NCBI GenBank assembly: GCA_964387375.1
Contig: CAYLWB010000001.1
Span: forward strand, 38,514 to 102,513
Direction: 5' to 3'
Length of the DNA: 64,000 bases
Source of the DNA: an uncultured Candidatus Peribacteria bacterium
GTDB lineage: Bacteria > Patescibacteriota > Gracilibacteria > UBA1369 > 2-02-FULL-48-14
Shown: positions 27,958-36,355 of the stretch, piece after piece
Layout of the letters: each line of letters opens with the position of its first letter
How positions within the stretch are numbered: position 1 is the stretch's first letter
Program-made: the position numbers and the translations under genes
The notes under the pieces: generated by a model
What the model saw: the letters and a program-made list of their open reading frames with translations, nothing else
Databases searched by the model: none
Told to the model about the DNA's origin: nothing

Positions 27958-28551
27958 ATGCTTCCTAGACTAGCAAGCTCTTCTGAAAATCTCAAGGTCC
28001 TAGCCGTAACAAAAGGCAAAAATCCACTCGAAATCATGAAAATGCTCGAGGAAACTGGATTGCAGTCAATAGGTGAAAATCGGCTAGAAGAAGCTGAAAG
28101 TAAGTTTTTAAGCCTCCCCAAATCCCTTGAAAAGCACTTTATTGGGAAATTACAGTCTCGAAAAATAAAGAAAATTGTGGAACTTTTTGATGTAATCCAA
28201 AGTGTCGAAAGTTTCGAACAAGCAAAAAAAATCTCAGCCCAAGGCAAAGTCATTAAGATTTTTTTGCAAATCAATCTCTCCGGCCTTCCTGGGCGTTCAG
28301 GAGTTGACCCGAATGAGGCTATACATTTGCTTAAAGAAATCCGAACCTTGCCCAACATTGTTACGGTGGGGGTGATGGGAATGGCAAGCATTGATCCAAA
28401 AAAAGCACGCCAGGAATTTAAACTCTTAAAAAAAATCCAGGTTGAAACGGGGCTACCCGAATGTTCTATGGGAATGTCCAGCGACTATCAAACCGCTATT
28501 GAAGAAGGCAGCACTTTGTTGCGACTTGGGCGCATTCTTTTCACAGATTAA
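27958..28551 (+). CDS. yggS: YggS-family pyridoxal-phosphate homeostasis protein
   Basis: LAVTKGK (PLP lysine), IGENRLEEA, HFIGKLQSRK, MGMSSDYQTAIEEGSTLLRLGRILF. Confidence 0.85.
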   Translation: MLPRLASSSENLKVLAVTKGKNPLEIMKMLEETGLQSIGENRLEEAESKFLSLPKSLEKHFIGKLQSRKIKKIVELFDVIQSVESFEQAKKISAQGKVIKIFLQINLSGLPGRSGVDPNEAIHLLKEIRTLPNIVTVGVMGMASIDPKKARQEFKLLKKIQVETGLPECSMGMSSDYQTAIEEGSTLLRLGRILFTD

Positions 28552-28581
28552 TGATTGCGTTTTTTAAAGAAGTTTGAGTTA

Positions 28582-29109
28582 ATGGTACGGATGAACACGC
28601 CAAAATCATCATTCCCGATTCTTATCGCAACTTTCCTTTTGTGCTTCTCATTTGCAGCACCTGTTTTCGCTCAAAACACTTTACTCCCCAATCCAAATGA
28701 TGTCGCAGGAGTAGATGAAGATGGGAAGAAGAGCATCAGCGAGTATAGCGAAAAGGATTGTTTGAATATTGTGAATATTTTTCTTGCAAACAAAGACGCT
28801 ACAGAAAAATTATTGTCCGAAGGGGACGATGCTCAAGATCTCATCCTCGGTTGCGCCATCAAATCAGGGAAAATTAAATTTTGGATGATTCCTTTCTTCA
28901 TTCGGAACATCCTCCAATTCCTCATCAACATTGCCGTTCTTCTCTGCATGCTCGCCCTCATGATAGGGGCTTATTATTACGTTATTGGAGGTGTAACTGA
29001 AGACAAAAAGAAAGGGAAAACCATCTTCACCTATGCCATTGCGGGCTTGGTGGTGACTGTACTCTCCTGGACGGTCGTCAATATTCTTCTGCTTTTCTTA
29101 ACCACTTAA
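28582..29109 (+). CDS. TrbC/VirB2-like (CPR-type T4SS pilin-like) membrane protein
   Basis: Signal peptide (FLLCFSFAAPVFA/QN), a soluble region, then two TM helices separated by a short basic loop: IAVLLCMLALMIGAYYYVIGGVTEDKKKGKTIFTYAIAGLVVTVLSWTVVNILLLF. This is the pattern of the T4SS-pilin family common in CPR genomes. Start at ATG 28582; the track ORF uses TTG 28555. Confidence 0.6.
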   Translation: MVRMNTPKSSFPILIATFLLCFSFAAPVFAQNTLLPNPNDVAGVDEDGKKSISEYSEKDCLNIVNIFLANKDATEKLLSEGDDAQDLILGCAIKSGKIKFWMIPFFIRNILQFLINIAVLLCMLALMIGAYYYVIGGVTEDKKKGKTIFTYAIAGLVVTVLSWTVVNILLLFLTT

Positions 29110-29112
29110 GAT

Positions 29113-30327
29113 ATGGCTGATCGAGGTTTTAAAAGTTTTTTAAGGCAGTCCAAAGACCAACTGAAACGACTGAGTGAGCGCATTCAAAAACTTAAGGAAA
29201 TCCAAAAGGAACGTGATGAGGAATTGATCTCCCCCAAAGCTCCAAAAGTTGAAAAGGAGAAAGAAATTGTAGTCAAGTTTTCGCTCTTCAACATCGCCCA
29301 ATGCACCATTCTAATCCTCTTCCTTTTGGCGATGGCCAATTTTGTGAGTGAAATTGGAGAAATTCTAACAATCTTTTTTGTAGCCTTGCTCTTTTCGGCA
29401 GCGCTTGATCCCACCGTTGATGCCTTGGAAAGACGCCGCATCCCACGCAGCATTAGCGTCCTCATTATTTTTGCTTTCCTCATTGGAGGCATATTGTTTT
29501 TTGTAAGCAAACTTGTACCGTTAGTGGCAATTCAATTGGTGGAATTGAGTAAAAATCTAAATGGCCTGCTCACTTTAGACCAGGTAGAACACGCCTCTTA
29601 TCCTTTCTCAAAAACAATACAACCCTTATTGCATGACTTTTTGGAACACGTGGATCAAGAAGCTTTGATCAGTCAACTGAAGCATGGAGTGGAATCCTTT
29701 GCAGAAGACCTACAGAGTTTGGCCGGAAATGCTTTCAATACGCTGAAATCTCTCTTCAATGGAATTGCTAATTTTGTCATGACTTTGATCCTCACCTTCT
29801 TTTTGGTTGTGGATGAAAAGGGAGTGGTGGATTTCTTTATCTCTCTCTTCCCCTCCAAGCACGGGAAATACATCATTGAGAAAACAGAAGTCATTCAACA
29901 CAAGGTTGGATATTGGCTCCGTGGGCAGGTGATACTCATGCTGGTCATGTTTTTGATCACCTGGATTATTTTTATGGCTCTGGGTGTCGATTTTGCTCTC
30001 ACCTTAGCGATGATTGCTGGTTTGGCCGAGGTGGTTCCTGTATTAGGCCCCGTTCTAGCTGCACTTCCAGCTCTCCTCGTGGCATTCAATGAATCCTTCT
30101 TCCTAATGATCTGGGTTTTTGGATTCATCATCGTTCTCCAGCAAATTGAAAATAGCGTCCTCGTGCCATTGATCATGCGAAAAGCAGTAGGCCTCAGCCC
30201 GATCATCGTGATTTTGGCCATGTTGGTTGGATTCAGCACCTTGGGAGTGTTGGGCGCCATTATTGCCATTCCGGTCACCACAATGCTCTCAATATTTGTG
30301 AAGGACTACGCGGCGAAAAAAAAGTAA
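29113..30327 (+). CDS. AI-2E family (PerM/UPF0118) transporter
   Basis: Eight TM helices. The C-terminal blocks AEVVPVLGPVLAALPALLVAF and IENSVLVPLIMRKAVGLSPIIVILAMLVG...GAIIAIPV are typical of the family. Confidence 0.85.
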   Translation: MADRGFKSFLRQSKDQLKRLSERIQKLKEIQKERDEELISPKAPKVEKEKEIVVKFSLFNIAQCTILILFLLAMANFVSEIGEILTIFFVALLFSAALDPTVDALERRRIPRSISVLIIFAFLIGGILFFVSKLVPLVAIQLVELSKNLNGLLTLDQVEHASYPFSKTIQPLLHDFLEHVDQEALISQLKHGVESFAEDLQSLAGNAFNTLKSLFNGIANFVMTLILTFFLVVDEKGVVDFFISLFPSKHGKYIIEKTEVIQHKVGYWLRGQVILMLVMFLITWIIFMALGVDFALTLAMIAGLAEVVPVLGPVLAALPALLVAFNESFFLMIWVFGFIIVLQQIENSVLVPLIMRKAVGLSPIIVILAMLVGFSTLGVLGAIIAIPVTTMLSIFVKDYAAKKK

Positions 30328-31344
30328 GGCTCTTTTAGCTGCTGAATCCCAGCTATACTTGCCTCGTGGAATGGGGATTTCACCCTTCCCTTGCAGAAGT
30401 TTTTGAAAGTTCGCATGTAAATCTTCAATGCTCTTTACCATGCCACCTTTCACTTTATACAGTTCATGATGTACCGCTATGTCGCTCAAGAGTACAGGAC
30501 ATTTGGCACGAACAGCCTCCAAAACAGGCAAATCGAAGCCCTCATAAGAACTTATAGCCAAAAGCCCCTTTGTTTTTTTTAAGAACCAGATCTTTTCATT
30601 TTCACTCACCTGCTCATAAACAAACAAATTTTTCATAGGTTGATTGTTCCATTTACGAAACCGACGATCCCTTTTTTTAAAACCAATCCAAGCAAAGTGA
30701 ACTTTAGGGTAAGCCTCAATCAGAAGTTGCAGCCAATCCAAATGTTTACGAGGATCAGCTGGGCCAATAAAAAGAAAAAAATCTTGGCTAAGCAGTTTTT
30801 TTGCGCCTTTTGGAGCGATGGGTTCTGCCAAAGATGCTCCCTCGTAAGTCACTTCTGTTGGCACGGTAGAGGGCAACTCAACGGCAGTGGTAGAGCTGGG
30901 AGCTAAAACCCCCGAGCAAAGACTTAACAGCTTCTCTAATGGAAAAATCTTGTGCCAAATACGGCTTTTAAATGAAAGCGTATGAGAAAACCGCTCTGGA
31001 ACCTTGTCATGAATGGTCATGACTAAAGGAATATTAGAGCGATAAAAAGGCCGTCGATCTGGTATCCAAATGAGGTCTGGGGTTTTGTGAAAATAACCCT
31101 TGGGCAGATTGGGAAACCCTAAAAGACAACGTAAGTGAAAGGCAGTGTTCGAGATCGGCAGATGGCGAGCTCCTGGAAAAACATCGTGAATTCTAGCGCA
31201 AGAATTTTTGGCCTGATAAAACAAGTCGAGCTCCAAATTAGGATCTTTCAAAAGTGCCCGCACCATTTCCTTGGTATAGATGGTAACCCCACTCTCATGC
31301 GGATCCAAGAGGGGCCTAAGATCGACTGCGAGTCGAAAAGACAT
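30289..31344 (-). CDS. glycosyltransferase family 4 (GT-B)
   Basis: C-terminal domain LLAISSYEGFDLPVLEAVRAKCPVLLSDIAVHHEL (E-x7-E motif). Confidence 0.8.
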   Translation of the reverse strand: MSFRLAVDLRPLLDPHESGVTIYTKEMVRALLKDPNLELDLFYQAKNSCARIHDVFPGARHLPISNTAFHLRCLLGFPNLPKGYFHKTPDLIWIPDRRPFYRSNIPLVMTIHDKVPERFSHTLSFKSRIWHKIFPLEKLLSLCSGVLAPSSTTAVELPSTVPTEVTYEGASLAEPIAPKGAKKLLSQDFFLFIGPADPRKHLDWLQLLIEAYPKVHFAWIGFKKRDRRFRKWNNQPMKNLFVYEQVSENEKIWFLKKTKGLLAISSYEGFDLPVLEAVRAKCPVLLSDIAVHHELYKVKGGMVKSIEDLHANFQKLLQGKGEIPIPRGKYSWDSAAKRALLFFRRVVLHKY

Positions 31345-31882
31345 ATTCCCAAGACATCAAAAAAAGTACCGTAAAAAGACCTGCTAGAAGCAAAATTCCA
31401 AGCAAAACACGCGTATCCGCTTCCACAGGAGGCAATTCGCTACTGCGTTTAACAGCGAGAACGTAAGCAGAGTTTGTAGCCGCATTGTACTCTCCGATCC
31501 GTTCTTCAATAGCACCTTGAAGGGCTTGAATAGCGGGTTCACTATATTCAGAAAAAATAAAGAGTAGATTTTGCTTTTCTTGCAAACGACCAGAATAGTT
31601 CCCAGTGTAAGAAACGTCCTGCAACTCTTCTTTAAAGTCCGCAGAAAAGGCGGGTTCAATCGTCCAGCCTAAAATAATATTGGCAAAATGTTCGGTAGCT
31701 CGGTGAATTTCGTAGGAAGACGTTTCATTGGGCAATGCGGTTTGATTCAAACCAACAGTCAAAAATAAAGCTCCACGAGGAGTTTCGACCTCAGAAGTGT
31801 TGATTTTAAATGCCCCCACCAAGCCCACTACAAGCAAAACGCCAATAAGAACGGTGGTGTAAAGAACGCTGCGTTTGTTCAT
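31316..31882 (-). CDS. bitopic membrane protein with Wzz-like (chain-length determinant) topology
   Basis: TM helices at both termini flank a soluble domain of about 130 aa. It is sandwiched between two GT4 genes and overlaps the downstream one. Only topology and context support the call. Confidence 0.35.
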   Translation of the reverse strand: MNKRSVLYTTVLIGVLLVVGLVGAFKINTSEVETPRGALFLTVGLNQTALPNETSSYEIHRATEHFANIILGWTIEPAFSADFKEELQDVSYTGNYSGRLQEKQNLLFIFSEYSEPAIQALQGAIEERIGEYNAATNSAYVLAVKRSSELPPVEADTRVLLGILLLAGLFTVLFLMSWEYVFSTRSRS

Positions 31883-31886
31883 GGGT

Positions 31887-33002
31887 TTAGGCTAACATTT
31901 TTCTATGCTCTTTCCAAGCTTTCTCTAGGAAATGCCTGAACTCACTTTTAAACCGTGCTGAACCAAAGTGCTGGACTGTAGCTGCAACTTTTTCAGGATC
32001 CCAGGATTTTTTTTCAAATTCATGAACTGTTTGAATAAGGGCCTCGATCGTTTGTTCTTCAAAAAACAACCCGCTCTTGCCTTTTTGAACAGTTTCCAGC
32101 GCACCTCCGCGACCATAAGCCAAAACTGGAGTTCCAGATGCTATGGCCTCCAAGGGAACAATTCCAAAATCCTCCAGTTGAGGGAAGATCAAGGCTTTAG
32201 CTCCTCGATAACAATCGCTAAGAATTTCATCGGATGCACGTCCCAAAAATTCAACATTGGATTTAGCGATTCGTTTTAAATGGTTTTCTTCAGGTCCATC
32301 TCCAATGATTTTCAGCGGGTAGCCCAGTTCGTTGAAGGCTTGCACCACTAAATCGAATTTTTTATTAGGAATAAGGCGCCCTATTGCCAAATAAAAGTTC
32401 CTTCCCCCCTGACTCACATAAAATTTTTCTAAATCAACAGGTGGATGGATGACCACAGAATCCTTACCATAGTATTTACTGATACGATTTTTAATGTAAT
32501 GCGCATTCGCAATGAAGCGGTCTACGCGCTCTGCAGCCAACCGATCCCACATACGAATCTTGTGCAAAATAGGAAGATACAACAGCTTGAAGGGTGAAAA
32601 TTTTCTGTCGTTCTTTTGATAAGAATGGCAATGATCCCACACATAACGCATGGGAGAATGGCAGTAGGAAACGTGCAGGGTTTCTGTTTTAGTAATGATC
32701 CCTTTTGCAGCCGAATGTGAAGAAGAAATGACCAAATCATATTCACTCAAATCAAGCCGCTCAAAATAACCTGGCATAAAGGGTAAAAAAAGCCGGTGGA
32801 AGCGGCGCGCTCCGGGGATTTTCCCGAACGCAGACTCACGCACATCTGCATCTTTAAAAACAGAACAACGTTTTGCGTTGTAGAGAGGCGTATAAATGGG
32901 TGCCTTGGGAAAAAGTTGATGCAGTTCATACATCACCCGCTCTGCCCCACCATAAACCGTGAGCCAATCACAAACCAGCGCGATCTTTAAATCATCCAAC
33001 AT
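31887..33002 (-). CDS. glycosyltransferase family 4 (GT-B)
   Basis: LIFPQLEDFGIVPLEAIASGTPVLAYGRGGALETV and an N-terminal GT4 domain (IALVCDWLTVYGGAERV). Confidence 0.85.
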   Translation of the reverse strand: MLDDLKIALVCDWLTVYGGAERVMYELHQLFPKAPIYTPLYNAKRCSVFKDADVRESAFGKIPGARRFHRLFLPFMPGYFERLDLSEYDLVISSSHSAAKGIITKTETLHVSYCHSPMRYVWDHCHSYQKNDRKFSPFKLLYLPILHKIRMWDRLAAERVDRFIANAHYIKNRISKYYGKDSVVIHPPVDLEKFYVSQGGRNFYLAIGRLIPNKKFDLVVQAFNELGYPLKIIGDGPEENHLKRIAKSNVEFLGRASDEILSDCYRGAKALIFPQLEDFGIVPLEAIASGTPVLAYGRGGALETVQKGKSGLFFEEQTIEALIQTVHEFEKKSWDPEKVAATVQHFGSARFKSEFRHFLEKAWKEHRKMLA

Positions 33003-33020
33003 GCACGCATCTTACCCCGT

Positions 33021-33392
33021 TTATTGGAGAATGGCCAGTTTCGCCTCCTCCAAAGTGGCGTAGGCCGTGACCAATTGAGTCAGACCCACCACCTGCAGAA
33101 TATCGAGAATGTTTTCACGAGGAGCGGCTAAAACCACCTTCCCTCCAGTTGTAGAGACTTTACTGTACCAATCAGTTAAATAACCGATTGATTTGCTATT
33201 CATGTACTCAAGACCGGCTAGGTCAAAGATCAGAAACAAACCTTGAGGATGTGCCTCAATGAGTTGATAAATGGCCTTAGCCTGTTCATCAACATTAGAT
33301 TCATCCAATTGACCCACGACATGAACAAGCTTCACCACTTTGCCAACAGGGGCATTCGCGTGATCTTCAATTGTGATTTTAGCTTCAGTCAT
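33021..33392 (-). CDS. STAS-domain anti-sigma-factor antagonist (SpoIIAA/RsbV-like)
   Basis: FLIFDLAGLEYMNSKSIGYL (phosphorylatable Ser context) and VVLAAPRENILDILQVVGL. Confidence 0.85.
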   Translation of the reverse strand: MTEAKITIEDHANAPVGKVVKLVHVVGQLDESNVDEQAKAIYQLIEAHPQGLFLIFDLAGLEYMNSKSIGYLTDWYSKVSTTGGKVVLAAPRENILDILQVVGLTQLVTAYATLEEAKLAILQ

Positions 33393-33402
33393 GGCGTTTA
33401 GC

Positions 33403-33939
33403 TTAGGTTAAAACGATATGAGTCGGATCGTTTTGCAGGGCTGAGGATACAGCGTCTTCCTCTTTTCGTAAATACTTTTTGACGCGTACTCTCAAACCGC
33501 CACCTTCTCGATCTTCAAAAATAACTTCATCCGTCCATTCTCCAACAATTTTTGGGAGTCCGCGACCACGAATGCCTAAATATTGCTGTGTGGCAAACAT
33601 GTTCAGCCTTTCCCTATAAAGAGCTTTCATTTGTTCGGCAGTCATTTTGTTTTGACCCGTACCGGTATCTTCTACAATCACCTCTAATGATTCTCCGTGA
33701 TGACTGATGATAGTGATTTGAACCTTTTGACCTACGGCACTTCCGTGTTCAATAGCGTTGTTGCAAAGTTCATCCACTACAGCCTGAAAACGGAAGGCCC
33801 ACTTTTTAGAGAAGCCAGTAACGTTTTGCGTTACATTCAGAATGAAATCACGAATTCCAGAGAGAAAGTAGGCTTGAGTTGGAATTATGATTCCAATCTC
33901 CGTAGGCAATTGATCCACAGAAGTTTCGTTGGGATTCAT
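33403..33939 (-). CDS. anti-sigma regulatory factor, Ser/Thr protein kinase (SpoIIAB/RsbW-like HATPase)
   Basis: N-box VVDELCNNAIEHG and G1 box VEDTGTG. 178 aa, immediately upstream of the STAS gene. Confidence 0.8.
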   Translation of the reverse strand: MNPNETSVDQLPTEIGIIIPTQAYFLSGIRDFILNVTQNVTGFSKKWAFRFQAVVDELCNNAIEHGSAVGQKVQITIISHHGESLEVIVEDTGTGQNKMTAEQMKALYRERLNMFATQQYLGIRGRGLPKIVGEWTDEVIFEDREGGGLRVRVKKYLRKEEDAVSSALQNDPTHIVLT

Positions 33940-34010
33940 CGTTTGGCGTGAAGAATCGTATTATTATAGCATGTTTTAAGGCTGTCTGGCAAGAACTAGA
34001 GAAATGCCCT

Positions 34011-34038
34011 TGCTTCCACCTGTTTTCTAGGTATAATC
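34011..34038 (+). promoter_or_regulatory. sigma70-like promoter of the rpsB-tsf operon
   Basis: TTGCTT (34011-34016), 16-nt spacer, TATAAT (34033-34038). It lies about 100 nt upstream of the rpsB ATG. Confidence 0.55.
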
Positions 34039-34138
34039 GGCAGGCTTACTATTTCAGTCTTCACTCCGATTCTGCTTCCTGCCCTCTTCAGGGTCCAACC
34101 AGAACACGACGAGTCAAGGCGTTAACCCCAAGGATATC

Positions 34139-34834
34139 ATGTCCAAGCAAAAAGAAATCATGCGAGAAATGCTCGCAAACGCAGTCCATTTCGGACAACG
34201 CAGTTCGAAGTGGAACCCTAAAATGGCTCCCTACCTCCATGGCAAACGCAATGGAGTGCATATTTTCGACCTCAACAAGACCTACGAAGCTCTCAATCGA
34301 GCAACGGAGTTTTTGAAAGGTGCCTGTGCTCAAGGAAAGACCGTGCTTTTGGTCAGCACCAAGCAACAATCTGTAGATCTTCTTCAACAAGAAGCTGAGA
34401 AATGCAAGGTTCCTTACGTGACTTCCAAGTGGATTCCTGGGCTTTTGACCAACTACAAGACCATTCGAGCTCGTGTGAATTACCTCAAGAAGCTCAAGGA
34501 AGATGAAGCAAGTGGTGAATTCGAAAAGTACACCAAGAAAGAAGCAAGCGATCTTAAAAAGCAGATTGAAAAACTCGAACGTGCGCTCGGAGGTGTGGCT
34601 GATCTTGATAAGGTGCCTGATATTGTTTTCGTCCTCGACGTGGTTCGTGATCGCATCGCAGTAAAAGAAGCTCAAAAGGTAGGTTCCATTGTGGTCGCCA
34701 TCGCAGACTCCAATGCAGATCCAGATGGAATCGATTATGTAATTCCTGGAAATGATGATGCAATGAAGTCCATTCATTTCTTCATCACAGCTCTCAGTGA
34801 GGCCATTCAAGAAGGAAAGAAGGCTAAAAAATAA
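34139..34834 (+). CDS. rpsB: 30S ribosomal protein S2
   Basis: MLANAVHFGQRSSKWNPKMAPYLHGKRNGVHIFDL, LLVSTKQQ, VVAIADSNADPDGIDYVIPGNDDA. Confidence 0.95.
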   Translation: MSKQKEIMREMLANAVHFGQRSSKWNPKMAPYLHGKRNGVHIFDLNKTYEALNRATEFLKGACAQGKTVLLVSTKQQSVDLLQQEAEKCKVPYVTSKWIPGLLTNYKTIRARVNYLKKLKEDEASGEFEKYTKKEASDLKKQIEKLERALGGVADLDKVPDIVFVLDVVRDRIAVKEAQKVGSIVVAIADSNADPDGIDYVIPGNDDAMKSIHFFITALSEAIQEGKKAKK

Positions 34835-34853
34835 ACTTTAATCTCCACGAAAA

Positions 34854-35615
34854 ATGAACATCACTATTGATCAAATCAAATCCCTCCGTGAACGTACTGG
34901 TATTTCTATCGGGGCTTGTAAAGCAGCTCTCGAAGAAGCTGGAGGTGATGAAAACAAAGCCATCGAAATTTTGAGGAAGAAAGGAGCAGCCAAGGCTGCT
35001 GACCGTTCTGACCGCAGTACTGCGTTTGGAGTGGTGGCCGTGGCCATGGGTTCTGGAAAAGCTGCTCTCGTGGCTTTGGGTTGTGAAACCGACTTCGTAG
35101 CCAAGAACGCCGACTTCATGAAGGTGGCTCAAAACTTGGCCAATCGCATTTTGGAAGAAGGTGAAGAAGCCAACCTCGAGGGAGAGATTTCCGAATTGAA
35201 CATCCAGATGGGTGAAAAGATTGAAGTTGTAAACAAAAAACTCCTTTCTGCCCCCATCATCGGAAGCTACATTCACTTGAACAACCGTATCGGAGTGCTC
35301 ACTGCTGGCTCCGACATAGACAAGGCCGTTGCTGACGATATTTCTATGCACATTGCAGCCATGAAGCCCACAAATTTGTCTCCGGACGATGTGGATGCTG
35401 CAGCTGTAGCCAAGGAAAAAGAAATCTGGAAAGAACAACTCGCTCAAGAAGGCAAACCCGTCGAAATCATGGAAAAGATTATGATGGGCAAAGAAAAGAA
35501 ATTCCGCGAGGAATCTGCTCTTTTGACTCAACCTTTTGCCAAGAATCCTGAACAAAAAATTCAAGATCTTTTGAAAGGAGGCAAAGTTCTCGAGTTTGTT
35601 CGCTTCGAGGTCTAA
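34854..35615 (+). CDS. tsf: translation elongation factor Ts
   Basis: UBA-like N-terminus IKSLRERTGISIGACKAALEEAGGDENKAIEILRKKG, CETDFVAKN, HIAAMKP. Confidence 0.95.
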   Translation: MNITIDQIKSLRERTGISIGACKAALEEAGGDENKAIEILRKKGAAKAADRSDRSTAFGVVAVAMGSGKAALVALGCETDFVAKNADFMKVAQNLANRILEEGEEANLEGEISELNIQMGEKIEVVNKKLLSAPIIGSYIHLNNRIGVLTAGSDIDKAVADDISMHIAAMKPTNLSPDDVDAAAVAKEKEIWKEQLAQEGKPVEIMEKIMMGKEKKFREESALLTQPFAKNPEQKIQDLLKGGKVLEFVRFEV

Positions 35616-35635
35616 AAAGGGTGTAGAGTTGGGGC

Positions 35636-36355
35636 ATGTTTCTTTTGCGCCGCCTTTTCTTCCCGAACCATCCCGTCACTCTAGAGTGGCAGATGTTCCA
35701 CCTGCTCAATCGAGATCGTAGACAGCATGGTTTGAAGCCTTTGTTCATGCAGGAAGATTTGCGAAAAGTGGCACGCAAACACAGCAAAGACATGGCAAAG
35801 CAGGACTATTTTGAGCATGAAAATCTCTACGGCCAAACCCATGCCGACCGTTACAAAGAAGCTCAAATCTCCGACGTACACTCTGGAGAAAATTTAGCAA
35901 AAATTGCCGGGTACTCTTATCCAGCACACCGCGCGGAAATCGGGCTCATGAACAGTCCAGGGCACCGGGCAAACATCCTCACTAAAGAGTTCAATTGCGT
36001 TGGAATCGGCCTGCACAAGTCAGAAGATGGGATTTTTTATTTCACACAAAACTTTGCCCATCGCGAACTGCTTTTCGAAAGGGCACCCAAAAAAGAAGTG
36101 CTCATGAAACAAGGTTTGCTTTTGCAGTTTCGCCCGCTTGGTTCAGCTCGGCAAGGTGTTTATAAGATCCACGAAGGCTTGCGGGTGATCCAAGAAAAAG
36201 GCTTTCCCATTCGAGAAAAATCAAATCGTTTGGAGCTGCGCTTCCCTCGTGCTGGAATTTTTTTAGTACAAATTTACACCGGACGACTTGAAGAGCGTAA
36301 TCTTAAGCTTTCGAATGAGTTTGAGGTGCGCGTAAGGAAGGGATGGCTTTGGTGA
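35636..36355 (+). CDS. CAP/SCP (YkwD-like) domain protein with an extra C-terminal domain
   Basis: LNRDRRQHGLKPL, YFEHEN, GENLA, MNSPGHRANIL, GIGL...YFTQNF. Confidence 0.75.
   Translation: MFLLRRLFFPNHPVTLEWQMFHLLNRDRRQHGLKPLFMQEDLRKVARKHSKDMAKQDYFEHENLYGQTHADRYKEAQISDVHSGENLAKIAGYSYPAHRAEIGLMNSPGHRANILTKEFNCVGIGLHKSEDGIFYFTQNFAHRELLFERAPKKEVLMKQGLLLQFRPLGSARQGVYKIHEGLRVIQEKGFPIREKSNRLELRFPRAGIFLVQIYTGRLEERNLKLSNEFEVRVRKGWLW

Noticed and set aside
34088-35564. Two very long ORFs (240 and 246 aa) on the - strand, lying exactly opposite rpsB and tsf
   Set aside because: They mirror highly conserved ribosomal and elongation-factor genes. Their translations are low-complexity and Cys/His/Phe-rich with no motif. 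They are the usual stop-poor antisense frame of strongly codon-biased genes.
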